Below are positions 45,129-53,064 of a stretch of DNA of 64,000 bases, piece after piece. The position numbers and the translations under genes were made by a program. Every line of letters begins with the position of its first letter. Position 1 is the stretch's first letter. The stretch lies in contig CALXQT010000010.1 of NCBI GenBank assembly GCA_944390835.1, positions 583-64,582 on the forward strand, read 5' to 3'. The stretch is from an uncultured Alphaproteobacteria bacterium (GTDB lineage: Bacteria; Pseudomonadota; Alphaproteobacteria; Rs-D84). The notes beneath the pieces are model-generated. The model saw nothing but the letters and a program-made list of their open reading frames with translations, was not told the DNA's origin and searched no databases.

Positions 45129-45515
45129 ATGAAAAATTTACTGAAAAAATTAGGTTTTGCAGGATTTACAGTTTTATCTGGTGTATCTGTCGCTTTGGCT
45201 GCAGGACCTGTTGTTGGTGGTGTTGGGGTTGATGAATCCGGATTGTGTGCCTTGATATCACAAATGTATGGCGTGTTTCAAATTCTGCGTACATTAGCTT
45301 TCGTTGGCGCTGCATTTGTTATAGCCAATTGGGCGTGGGGTTATATTAAAGATGGTGGCCCTAAGGACGGTATTTTAGAAGACCTGAAGAAAAAAGGTAC
45401 GGCTTTGTTAGTTGGATTCGTCTTGCTGTTCGGTATTGGGGTTATATTATCTTTCTTCCTATCTTCGACCGGTCTTGGAATGATTGGCTGTGAAGGGGTT
45501 ATTAAAAGTTGGTAA
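45129..45515 (+). CDS. Small exported two-helix membrane protein with TrbC/VirB2-pilin-like topology
   Basis: RBS aaagggga. Signal ..SVALA/AG. Two hydrophobic helices are separated by the charged loop KDGGPKDGILEDLKKKG. 128 aa. Confidence 0.3.
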   Translation: MKNLLKKLGFAGFTVLSGVSVALAAGPVVGGVGVDESGLCALISQMYGVFQILRTLAFVGAAFVIANWAWGYIKDGGPKDGILEDLKKKGTALLVGFVLLFGIGVILSFFLSSTGLGMIGCEGVIKSW

Positions 45516-45518
45516 TCT

Positions 45519-45547
45519 AAAAAAGCGACCTAAAAGGTCGCTTTTTT
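45519..45547. terminator. Bidirectional terminator
   Basis: aaaagcgacc-taaaa-ggtcgctttt hairpin. Confidence 0.85.
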
Positions 45548-46511
45548 ATCTTAGTTTTTGATACGCAAACTTCTTTGCAAATTCTCGTTCTTTTTTCTTT
45601 AACTCTGTTGCTACTTGCGAAACTGGTATACGTGATAAGTCTGATGCTGGAGTTTTGGGCATAGATTTTCGTGCAATATCTATTTCTTTGGATAAAATGC
45701 AGATAAACTCATCAAATGATATTTTTGGACCTGTTTTATGTGTCGGAATTGCATCGTAGGCACTAATTGTTTTGTTTAGGGCGTTATAACGACCTATTAA
45801 AGATAGTGTCCCCATATAATCAAATATTGTTCCTTTTACACCGTAAGTAGTTTTTAGGGCGTTTACATCATAGTCGCAGAAAAATTTATTATGCATGAAA
45901 GCATTAAAAGCCTGCATATCTGTTTTGGGGTATTGGTTTGCAATACCGTTAATAACTTTTTCTGCCTGAGCTAAATTATTGCGATGGTATATGCGTGAAA
46001 AATGCCAAGCTGCACGATTAATTTCTTCAAAAGTTGCATCTAGCATCATAAAATATAACTGGGAAAAAATCATGTTTGGAGATAGTTTTGTTAGTGCCCA
46101 GCATGCATAGCGACTTAATTTTGCGTCATAGTCTTTCTTTTTGAATATTACGTTACCATTAGGATCTTGAATATTATAGTTATTAATGATGGGTAAGACA
46201 TGATTAAAACGGAAAGTGTTTAAATCACATGCCTTAGGAAGCTTTTCTAGATTTTTCTTGGGCAATTTTTCAAAATTTGACGATTTTATGGCGGTGCTCA
46301 TTGTGTATTGAATATGTTTATGTTCGCCTACATAAGCAGAACCAAATAAATTATATAAATCAGAAAACAACCAATATTCTGCATCGTTATTATATAACTC
46401 AACATCATGAAATAGTGGTAACTCATCAACATGGCTTTCGTTTACGTGATGCACGTGTTTGGATAGAGTGTTAAATACTTTTTCCGGCAAAGGCAAAGGT
46501 ACGTTGTTCAT
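45546..46511 (-). CDS. DinD / Bro-N-like (DNA-damage-inducible protein D-like) protein
   Basis: N-terminal ..AEYWLFSDLYNLFG.. and central ..DYDAKLSRYACWALTKLSP..SQLYFMM.. resemble the DinD pattern (W.ARELM..LGY ... LSRYACYLI.QN.DP...Q.YF). 321 aa. Confidence 0.45.
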   Translation of the reverse strand: MNNVPLPLPEKVFNTLSKHVHHVNESHVDELPLFHDVELYNNDAEYWLFSDLYNLFGSAYVGEHKHIQYTMSTAIKSSNFEKLPKKNLEKLPKACDLNTFRFNHVLPIINNYNIQDPNGNVIFKKKDYDAKLSRYACWALTKLSPNMIFSQLYFMMLDATFEEINRAAWHFSRIYHRNNLAQAEKVINGIANQYPKTDMQAFNAFMHNKFFCDYDVNALKTTYGVKGTIFDYMGTLSLIGRYNALNKTISAYDAIPTHKTGPKISFDEFICILSKEIDIARKSMPKTPASDLSRIPVSQVATELKKKEREFAKKFAYQKLR

Positions 46512-46523
46512 ATGCTTTTCCTT

Positions 46524-46751
46524 TTATTGTTGTCCTTCTTCGGCGCTGACCAATGAAAACAGAACAGAAGAAATTAATAACTGATAGGGCACGTGCTGCT
46601 TTTCTGCCATTTTTTTTATGCGTTCCAAGATTTGATGAGGAATACGCATATTTATAACGCTGTCTGATTTGTTAAAAGCACGATATGCGGCGTATTCTTT
46701 TAACAACGCCTCTATATTCATTATAAATAATTGTTGCATTACGTTTGGCAT
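46524..46751 (-). CDS. Ribbon-helix-helix (CopG/BrnA-like) DNA-binding protein
   Basis: Strong RBS aggagg. ..VINMRIPHQILERIKKMAEKQHVPYQLLISSVLFSLV matches the RHH antitoxin/regulator pattern. 75 aa. Located 12 nt upstream of the DinD-like gene. Confidence 0.6.
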   Translation of the reverse strand: MPNVMQQLFIMNIEALLKEYAAYRAFNKSDSVINMRIPHQILERIKKMAEKQHVPYQLLISSVLFSLVSAEEGQQ

Positions 46752-46818
46752 ATACTACCTCCTATACCAAAGACAATACTACAGTACTTACAAGTGACTA
46801 TATCATTGTATTGGCATT

Positions 46819-46860
46819 TGTCAATACATTTGTAATTATGTGTGTCAATATTCTTGTAAT
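46819..46860 (-). promoter_or_regulatory. Two 18-bp direct repeats (24-bp period) upstream of the RHH gene; candidate operator
   Basis: tgtcaatacatttgtaat (46819-36) and tgtcaatattcttgtaat (46843-60) are 15/18 identical. Confidence 0.4.
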
Positions 46861-47024
46861 GGCTTTTGTGGGGGCGTTTGTCTGACGGTTTTTGTCGGTT
46901 GGAAAAGTATTGAGACGCTTGGAGTTTGAGTTGTTTTTAGGCCGTTTTTCTTTGCGGGTTTTCTTGCTTTTTAAATTATAACTGTATAAAATTACATACA
47001 TTAATAATTGGAAAGGAAATATAA

Positions 47025-48344
47025 ATGATTAAAAAGTTTTTTTCTGCTTGTTTGTTATGTTTTGCTTTTATTATTCCAGCTAGCGCAGAGTTAAAGGTTG
47101 ATATTATTGCAGGTGCGCTGGATCCTATCTCTGTTGCGGTACAAAAAATAGAAACCGTTGGAAATGTATCTACAAATGATGCGAAAATGATACGTGATGT
47201 TGTTGATGCAGATTTAAAATCGACAGGTTTATTTAGAATTGTCTCGCGTGATGCGTTACCAGAATTTGTAGAGATGGGAGAATTGCCAGATTTTCAACTT
47301 TGGGCGGCAGTCAAGGCACAAGTTTTGGTCCAAGCGAAATTGTCTGCTGAGTCAGGAGATAGGTATAACTTAGAGTTTTATGTTTGGGACGTTAATGCAA
47401 AAGAGCAGATAGAAGCACAAAGTTTGGTAGCATCTAAAAAATCTGCCAGGCGTTTGGCACATATTATGGCAGACGCAATATATGAACGTTTAACGGGAGA
47501 GGTTGGATATTTTGATACTCAAATAGTTTTTATTGCAGAAACTGGTCCTGTACATGACAGAACGAAGCGCATGGCAATCATGGATCAGGATGGCTATGGT
47601 TTGCGGTATTTGTCGGATAAGAAAACATTTGTTATGTCGCCGCATTTTTCACCGAATATGCAGACTATAGTTTTCTTATCGTACCGTGATAACGATCCTA
47701 TGGTTTGGACTTTGGATTTGGAAACCGGCGAGCAAAGGCGATTAGGGCAATTTGGTGGTATGAATTTTGCACCGCGTTTTTCACCAGATGGAACAAAAAT
47801 TGCCTTGTCTTTGGTTAAAAACGGAATTACTCATATATATGAATATGATATAGAAACGAAATCTTTAAAACAGTTGACGTTCGGAAATTCATTGAATACC
47901 AGTCCTTCGTATTCACCAGATGGTAAAAAAATGGCATTTAATTCCGATCGAAGTGGGAAACAACAGATTTATGTATTAGACTTGGAAACTGGCGGGGTTG
48001 AACGCATAACTTACGGGGCAGGGCGTTATGCAACACCGGCATGGTCTCCAGATGGAAAGTTTATTGCTTTTACTAAAATGGCCGATGATACTTTTTATAT
48101 TGGTATTATGGATCCTCGTGGACGTAACGAGAAAATTTTAGCAGGTGGCTGGTATATGGAGGCACCATCTTGGGCCCCAGGCTCTCGTCGATTGGTATAT
48201 TATGAAACAGAAAAAGCTTTAGATGGTATAGAACGTATAAGCCATATTCGTAGCGTCGATATAACAGGGCAAAATATTTATGAAATAGACTTGCCGGACG
48301 ACGTTAATGGAGTAGAACCAACTTGGTCGCCAAAATTACCATAA
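47025..48344 (+). CDS. tolB: Tol-Pal system beta-propeller protein TolB
   Basis: Signal peptide. Repeated ..P.WSPDGK.IAF.. blades (FSPDGTKIAL, YSPDGKKMAF, WSPDGKFIAF). 439 aa. Confidence 0.9.
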   Translation: MIKKFFSACLLCFAFIIPASAELKVDIIAGALDPISVAVQKIETVGNVSTNDAKMIRDVVDADLKSTGLFRIVSRDALPEFVEMGELPDFQLWAAVKAQVLVQAKLSAESGDRYNLEFYVWDVNAKEQIEAQSLVASKKSARRLAHIMADAIYERLTGEVGYFDTQIVFIAETGPVHDRTKRMAIMDQDGYGLRYLSDKKTFVMSPHFSPNMQTIVFLSYRDNDPMVWTLDLETGEQRRLGQFGGMNFAPRFSPDGTKIALSLVKNGITHIYEYDIETKSLKQLTFGNSLNTSPSYSPDGKKMAFNSDRSGKQQIYVLDLETGGVERITYGAGRYATPAWSPDGKFIAFTKMADDTFYIGIMDPRGRNEKILAGGWYMEAPSWAPGSRRLVYYETEKALDGIERISHIRSVDITGQNIYEIDLPDDVNGVEPTWSPKLP

Positions 48345-48757
48345 TGAGAAGAAGCGTTATTACTGTTTTAATTTTGTCTTTGATGGCGGGCAGAGTTTAT
48401 GCTTTACCCGCCATTGTTGATAGAGTTCTAGACGGAGATACTTTTGCGGCACGCGTTAATTTGGCAGACGATACCGAAGTTACTGTTAAAGTACGTCTGT
48501 TAGATGTAGATACACCAGAAATAAATGGTTTATGTCAAAGTGAAATAGACAAAGCTTATAAAGCGAAAAACAGGACTGCTCAACTTTTACCCGTTGGATC
48601 TGCTGTTGAGTTATCGGATATAAAAGATGATAAATATTTAGGTCGTATAGATGCTCGCGTTCGTATATCAGATGGTCGTGATTTATCAGATATTTTAGTA
48701 AAGGAAAAACTTGGCAGAAAGTATGATGGAAAAAAGCGTCAAAGCTGGTGTAAATGA
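48344..48757 (+). CDS. Secreted thermonuclease (staphylococcal-nuclease-like)
   Basis: TAATG overlap with the tolB stop. Signal peptide. VLDGDTF..VRLLDVDTPE..DKYLGR motifs. Confidence 0.8.
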   Translation: MRRSVITVLILSLMAGRVYALPAIVDRVLDGDTFAARVNLADDTEVTVKVRLLDVDTPEINGLCQSEIDKAYKAKNRTAQLLPVGSAVELSDIKDDKYLGRIDARVRISDGRDLSDILVKEKLGRKYDGKKRQSWCK

Positions 48758-48787
48758 AAAATCTCGCAAAAAAATGCGAGATTTTTT
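48757..48787. terminator. Bidirectional terminator
   Basis: aaaatctcgca-aaaaaa-tgcgagatttt hairpin. Confidence 0.85.
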
Positions 48788-49493
48788 ATGCGCTGTGTCG
48801 ATTAATAGCTTCACTTATTTCTTCTAGAGATGCGTTACATGGCAACATTGGTTCAAACCATACATTTGCTGTTCCACTATGCATTCTGCCGTGCTTTGGC
48901 CAATATTTTCCAGCATCTGTACCAACTGGTAAGATAGGTAATTTTAATTCATGTGCTAGGAATAATAATCCCCGTTTTAATTGAATTTTTTGACCAGGTT
49001 TAGCACGCGTTCCTTCTGGAAATATGATCAGAACTTGGCCGTTCATGATTTTTTTAGCAACTTTATGGCTTAATTTTTTCATATTTGTTGCACCCCTGGC
49101 ACGATTAACTGGTTGTAACCCCATACGCCAGAAAGCCCAACCATAAATAGGAATCCATAATAATTCGCGTTTTATAATAAAGAAAGAATGTGGCACGTAG
49201 TTTGATAAAATAGCAATTTCTAGAATAGACATATGCTTCGCAGCTATAATTGCTTTGCCGTCTAGTCTAATATTTCCATTAGGTGCCACAGGTACTCCGT
49301 TTTCTTCAATCGGTGGATAGTGAATCTTGTACTTAATTCCAGCAACTACTCGTGCAAGCATCAATACCCCACCAGCACATGTTAGAACCAAGAAATCGTT
49401 TAGGCGTTTTGAGATTAAACCTATTAATAGTATTGGTGACCATAAGATAAAATATAACGCCAAAAGAACTTTGAATATAATTGTTCTGAACAT
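48786..49493 (-). CDS. plsC: 1-acyl-sn-glycerol-3-phosphate acyltransferase
   Basis: AAKHMSILE (HX4D/E-type block) and FPEGTRAKPG motifs. 235 aa. Confidence 0.8.
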   Translation of the reverse strand: MFRTIIFKVLLALYFILWSPILLIGLISKRLNDFLVLTCAGGVLMLARVVAGIKYKIHYPPIEENGVPVAPNGNIRLDGKAIIAAKHMSILEIAILSNYVPHSFFIIKRELLWIPIYGWAFWRMGLQPVNRARGATNMKKLSHKVAKKIMNGQVLIIFPEGTRAKPGQKIQLKRGLLFLAHELKLPILPVGTDAGKYWPKHGRMHSGTANVWFEPMLPCNASLEEISEAINRHSA

Positions 49494-49514
49494 TTTTTTC
49501 CCTTTGTTGTTTTT

Positions 49515-50024
49515 TTAGCCTTCTTTAATTCCTAGTAGTGTAACAATATATTTTATATATTCTATTACCCAGCGTTCAAGTCTTTTTGTTACTGGCATAT
49601 CTGTTAGAGTTACAGGACAGGCAATAATTTCAGTATCTGGTAGTTCTTTGCTTATTAAATATTTTGCGCGGTTCATATGGTCTTCTGTTGTTATAATGAC
49701 CAGTCTTTGTAAGTTTTTTTCTTGGGCAATTTCTTTTATTGCCAGTGCATTTTGATAGGTCGATTTCGAATCGGTTTCTATTGTGACCCGTTGCGCCAGA
49801 TCAAAAGAACCGTTTGTTCCTGCACCTATTATATATAAATCTGCATTGGGGTGTTTATGTAGTTGACGCATTGCGAAAGGAATCCTTCTAATATCGCCAG
49901 TAAGAACGAATATCGTATCATTAGACAATATTTTCTCGCACTTTCTTGGCGCTAATGATTTAAATCCCATTCCGCCGATAACAAAGCACGTTATTAATAA
50001 TAAAGATGGTGTCAGAAGTTTCAT
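49515..50024 (-). CDS. DUF218/YdcF(ElyC)-like envelope protein
   Basis: N-terminal anchor. ..IFVLTGD..YIIGAG..ETDSKSTYQNA..VIITTEDHMNRA pattern. Confidence 0.65.
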   Translation of the reverse strand: MKLLTPSLLLITCFVIGGMGFKSLAPRKCEKILSNDTIFVLTGDIRRIPFAMRQLHKHPNADLYIIGAGTNGSFDLAQRVTIETDSKSTYQNALAIKEIAQEKNLQRLVIITTEDHMNRAKYLISKELPDTEIIACPVTLTDMPVTKRLERWVIEYIKYIVTLLGIKEG

Positions 50025-50863
50025 TAATTATTTTTCAAAATATTTATAGTCGTACGTTTAGTAATCCAGATTGCAAAAATAACAATTGCGATTGGTAATA
50101 AAATAAGTGCAAACCATCCCCAACCAGAAATTGATAGCATTGCCATTAATCCAACGCGGGCACTATGTGCAGCCCCTAGAATTAGTAATAAAATTGGGGC
50201 GGCAACAACGAAGCCAGCCGTACCAGAAACAATACAAATTTTAGCGATAATTATTTGCATTTGGTACGCAACGTACGAGTCTGTAGCACCGATTTGATTT
50301 AGAATTTCTAACTCTCGTCTATGTAACAAAGCAGTATTTCGCGCAATGTATGAAATGCATATAGCTATTGCACCAAGTGTTAACAATAATACAAATGATG
50401 AAATTAAAATCATTTTCCATCCAGCAGATGTAGAACTTTTTAGTGCCTGAGCATGAGTTAAAAATCTTGCGTATTCAGAGATTTCTTTTTTTACAGATTC
50501 TAAATCTTTTGTTGTATTGAATTGCAATTCATACATTTTTGGTAAATAGTTTTCAAGTGCACCGCCCCCAGATATCCACGGCCCCAACAAGTCACGCATT
50601 TGATCTGTTGTAATTTCGTTTACTACGGTTATTTTTTCGGAATTATCATCAATGATTTTTTTTACTTTTTGCGTATTGTCTGAATCCATTATTTGAACTG
50701 TTGCGTATAGATCCCATTGAGAATTCCAGCGTATTACCCCTGTGCCTATTGCAAGCGCAATACCAAATGCCAAAACAGCCAAAAATGTCAATAAAGACAT
50801 AATCGCAGTCATAAAAATTGACTGATCTTTGACTAATGAAAAAACGATTGGTTTTTTTGTCAT
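50024..50863 (-). CDS. ftsX: FtsX-like permease
   Basis: 4-TM topology with a large first periplasmic loop. Directly downstream of ftsE and adjacent with no gap. Confidence 0.75.
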   Translation of the reverse strand: MTKKPIVFSLVKDQSIFMTAIMSLLTFLAVLAFGIALAIGTGVIRWNSQWDLYATVQIMDSDNTQKVKKIIDDNSEKITVVNEITTDQMRDLLGPWISGGGALENYLPKMYELQFNTTKDLESVKKEISEYARFLTHAQALKSSTSAGWKMILISSFVLLLTLGAIAICISYIARNTALLHRRELEILNQIGATDSYVAYQMQIIIAKICIVSGTAGFVVAAPILLLILGAAHSARVGLMAMLSISGWGWFALILLPIAIVIFAIWITKRTTINILKNN

Positions 50864-51655
50864 TTATGCGTTCCCAATATCATCAAATTGTTTTGATAAT
50901 TCTGTGAAGTAGTTTTGCGGTTTTGGCCCTTTCCATATTTTTTTCGTTGCAGGTGTTTCAACTGTTTTCGAATTTTTTGAAGTAATAAAGTTTACATGAT
51001 GATTTTCAACGTGAATTACTGGAAATTTATAGGTTTCCATTAATTTTGTACTGTGAGTAGCCAAAATGATTGTGGTTCCGAATGTTTTATTCATTTGTAC
51101 GAATAATTCCATAAGTCGAGACGCGTTTTCATCGTCTAAATTACCTGTTGGTTCGTCAGCTAGTAATATGGCTGGTTGTATGATGATGGCGCGAGCTACA
51201 GATACACGTTGTTGCTGTCCGCCAGAAAGGGTTTTAGGATTTACATCTGCGTATTTCGCCAAACCTACCCATTCAAGTACCTTTAGAACTAATTTTTTTA
51301 TTTTTGATTCAGATATTCCGCGTACACGTAAAGGCAGGGCCACATTATCAAATACAGACATGTGTGATAATAAAGAATATTCTTGAAAAACTATGGCCAT
51401 TTTATGCCGTAATAGTGCGATTTCATCGCGAGTCATTTCATTGGTAACCCGACCAAATAACTTAATTTGTCCACGAGAAGGTTTATGTAATTGATAAATT
51501 AATCTTAATAAAGTTGTTTTACCAGCACCAGATGCACCAGATAAAAAATAAAAAGAACCAGCACTTATATTGAAAGAAACATCAGACAGAACTTCTCGAG
51601 CGTTATCATACCGAGCACCAACATTTGCAAAAGAGACAGCTGTGTTATCTTCCAT
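50864..51655 (-). CDS. ftsE: Cell-division ABC ATPase FtsE
   Basis: GASGAGKTTLLRLI, LSGGQQQRVSVARA, LLADEPTGNLD motifs. Confidence 0.85.
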   Translation of the reverse strand: MEDNTAVSFANVGARYDNAREVLSDVSFNISAGSFYFLSGASGAGKTTLLRLIYQLHKPSRGQIKLFGRVTNEMTRDEIALLRHKMAIVFQEYSLLSHMSVFDNVALPLRVRGISESKIKKLVLKVLEWVGLAKYADVNPKTLSGGQQQRVSVARAIIIQPAILLADEPTGNLDDENASRLMELFVQMNKTFGTTIILATHSTKLMETYKFPVIHVENHHVNFITSKNSKTVETPATKKIWKGPKPQNYFTELSKQFDDIGNA

Positions 51656-51704
51656 GCAAAAAATAGTAGTAAAAAAAGACTATATGGTCAAGTACCCAAA
51701 ACAT

Positions 51705-51731
51705 AAAAAATGCGCCATAGGCGCATTTTTT
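51705..51731. terminator. Terminator after pal
   Basis: aaaaaatgcgc-catag-gcgcatttttt hairpin. Confidence 0.8.
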
Positions 51732-52134
51732 ATTCTGCATCAACAACTTTAGTTGTTGCATTTCTATTTTTTGCCCAAACTTCTTCGCCTGTACCAGGGT
51801 ATTGTGGGTTTTCCTTTCCGTATGAAATAGTTTTAATTCTTGATGGTTCAATACCTTCTGCTATCAAAACATGCGCTGCGTTTCCTGCACGTAAAGCACC
51901 TAGTGCTAAATTATATTCTGTGGAACCACGCTCATCGCAATGTCCCTCTAATATAACATCTTTATTTGGATGTTTTTTCATATACAGAGCTTGAGATTCC
52001 AAATCTGCACGAGCCGTGTCAGATATTGCCGCAGAATCAAATGCAAAGAATACTTTATCATCATTTATGTTACTAGGTACACCACTGCAGGCAGCCAATC
52101 CTAATAAAATAAAGGCTAATAGAATGTTTTTCAT
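51730..52134 (-). CDS. pal: Peptidoglycan-associated lipoprotein Pal (OmpA C-terminal domain)
   Basis: RBS gagagga before ATG 52134. Lipobox GLAAC. ..VILEGHCDERGSTEYNLALGALRA.. motif. Confidence 0.85.
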   Translation of the reverse strand: MKNILLAFILLGLAACSGVPSNINDDKVFFAFDSAAISDTARADLESQALYMKKHPNKDVILEGHCDERGSTEYNLALGALRAGNAAHVLIAEGIEPSRIKTISYGKENPQYPGTGEEVWAKNRNATTKVVDAE

Positions 52135-52221
52135 ATTTTTTCCTCTCACTTTTATTTAATAAGTTCTTTATAAGAATCTAGCAGATTTTATAAAAAGTTG
52201 TCAATATATGTTTTTTATGCT

Positions 52222-52250
52222 TTGTCTGGGGGGGGGATTTGTGATATACT
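52222..52250 (+). promoter_or_regulatory. Candidate phase-variable promoter: TTGTCT - 17-nt spacer containing G9 - (TG-n-)TATACT
   Basis: ttgtct at 52222-27. G9 at 52228-36. Spacer ends with tga at 52242-44. tatact at 52245-50. ATG of the OMP gene lies at 52277 with RBS aaggaagga. Confidence 0.5.
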
Positions 52251-52276
52251 TTTTTAAAAGTAAAAGGAAGGACAAT

Positions 52277-53002
52277 ATGAAAAAATTAATATCTTTGGTT
52301 GCTTTATTAGGGGTAACAACTACTGGGGCTATTGCGGCGCCAAGTTATTTAACGCGTGATAATAGTGGTGGTTATCGTGTAACATATGATTATACAGATA
52401 AAGCGAAAACTGGTTGGTATGTTGGTGCCCGTGCGGATTTTAATTTTCTAAACTGGGAAAATAAGTATAGCCTTGATGATGGTCTAAAAGGTCCTGAGGA
52501 CTTTGAAAACGATAAATATTCTTTTGAACCTGTTTTTGGTGGCAGTGCTTTCGCTGGTCGTCGTTTTGCATACTTCTGGCGTGCAGAATTAGAAGCAGGT
52601 TATATGGGATACTTTGAAGATAAGGATGCATCTTCTGAATTTTCGTTGCAAATCCCTTACGTTATGCTGAACGGTTATTATGATTTCGTAAATGGCATCT
52701 ATTTGGGGGTTGGTGTCGGTGCAGCAGTGCCTATTACAACAATTGATACGGTATATTCTAGTGGTGGTGAACGTAAAGAGTATGGGGTTTCTCCAATGGC
52801 TGGTGTGATGCTAGGGTATTCTTATGAATTAGATAACAATTTAGTACTAGATTTACGTTATCGTCTGTCTGGAATGACTGGTTTAGATCAACGCATAAAT
52901 GATATTGAAGTTAAATATATGCCAGGTGAACATTGGTTCCAAAATGATATAGATTTTATTTTAGATAATTCTTTATCAATTGGTATTAGATATGAATTTT
53001 AA
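52277..53002 (+). CDS. Outer-membrane beta-barrel protein (Omp25/31-like)
   Basis: Signal ..GAIA/AP. Beta-strand periodicity. C-terminal ..IGIRYEF. Related in pattern to the 5511-6122 protein. Confidence 0.7.
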   Translation: MKKLISLVALLGVTTTGAIAAPSYLTRDNSGGYRVTYDYTDKAKTGWYVGARADFNFLNWENKYSLDDGLKGPEDFENDKYSFEPVFGGSAFAGRRFAYFWRAELEAGYMGYFEDKDASSEFSLQIPYVMLNGYYDFVNGIYLGVGVGAAVPITTIDTVYSSGGERKEYGVSPMAGVMLGYSYELDNNLVLDLRYRLSGMTGLDQRINDIEVKYMPGEHWFQNDIDFILDNSLSIGIRYEF

Positions 53003-53023
53003 CCAAAATAGGTATTGACCCGA

Positions 53024-53053
53024 TTCGTTGAAATATGATATTATTATGTAGGT
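53024..53053 (+). promoter_or_regulatory. Candidate promoter of the fibre-gene array (TTGACC-N18-TATTAT with an upstream TG)
   Basis: ttgacc at 53024-29. tg at 53045-46. tattat at 53048-53. Confidence 0.45.
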
Positions 53054-53064
53054 AGAGAGAATAG

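Noticed and set aside
46798-47001. A 67-aa minus-strand ORF in the RHH/tolB intergenic region.
   Set aside because: The sequence is highly basic and low-complexity. Its start overlaps the tolB RBS region, and its span covers the operator-like repeats. It is more likely non-coding regulatory DNA.
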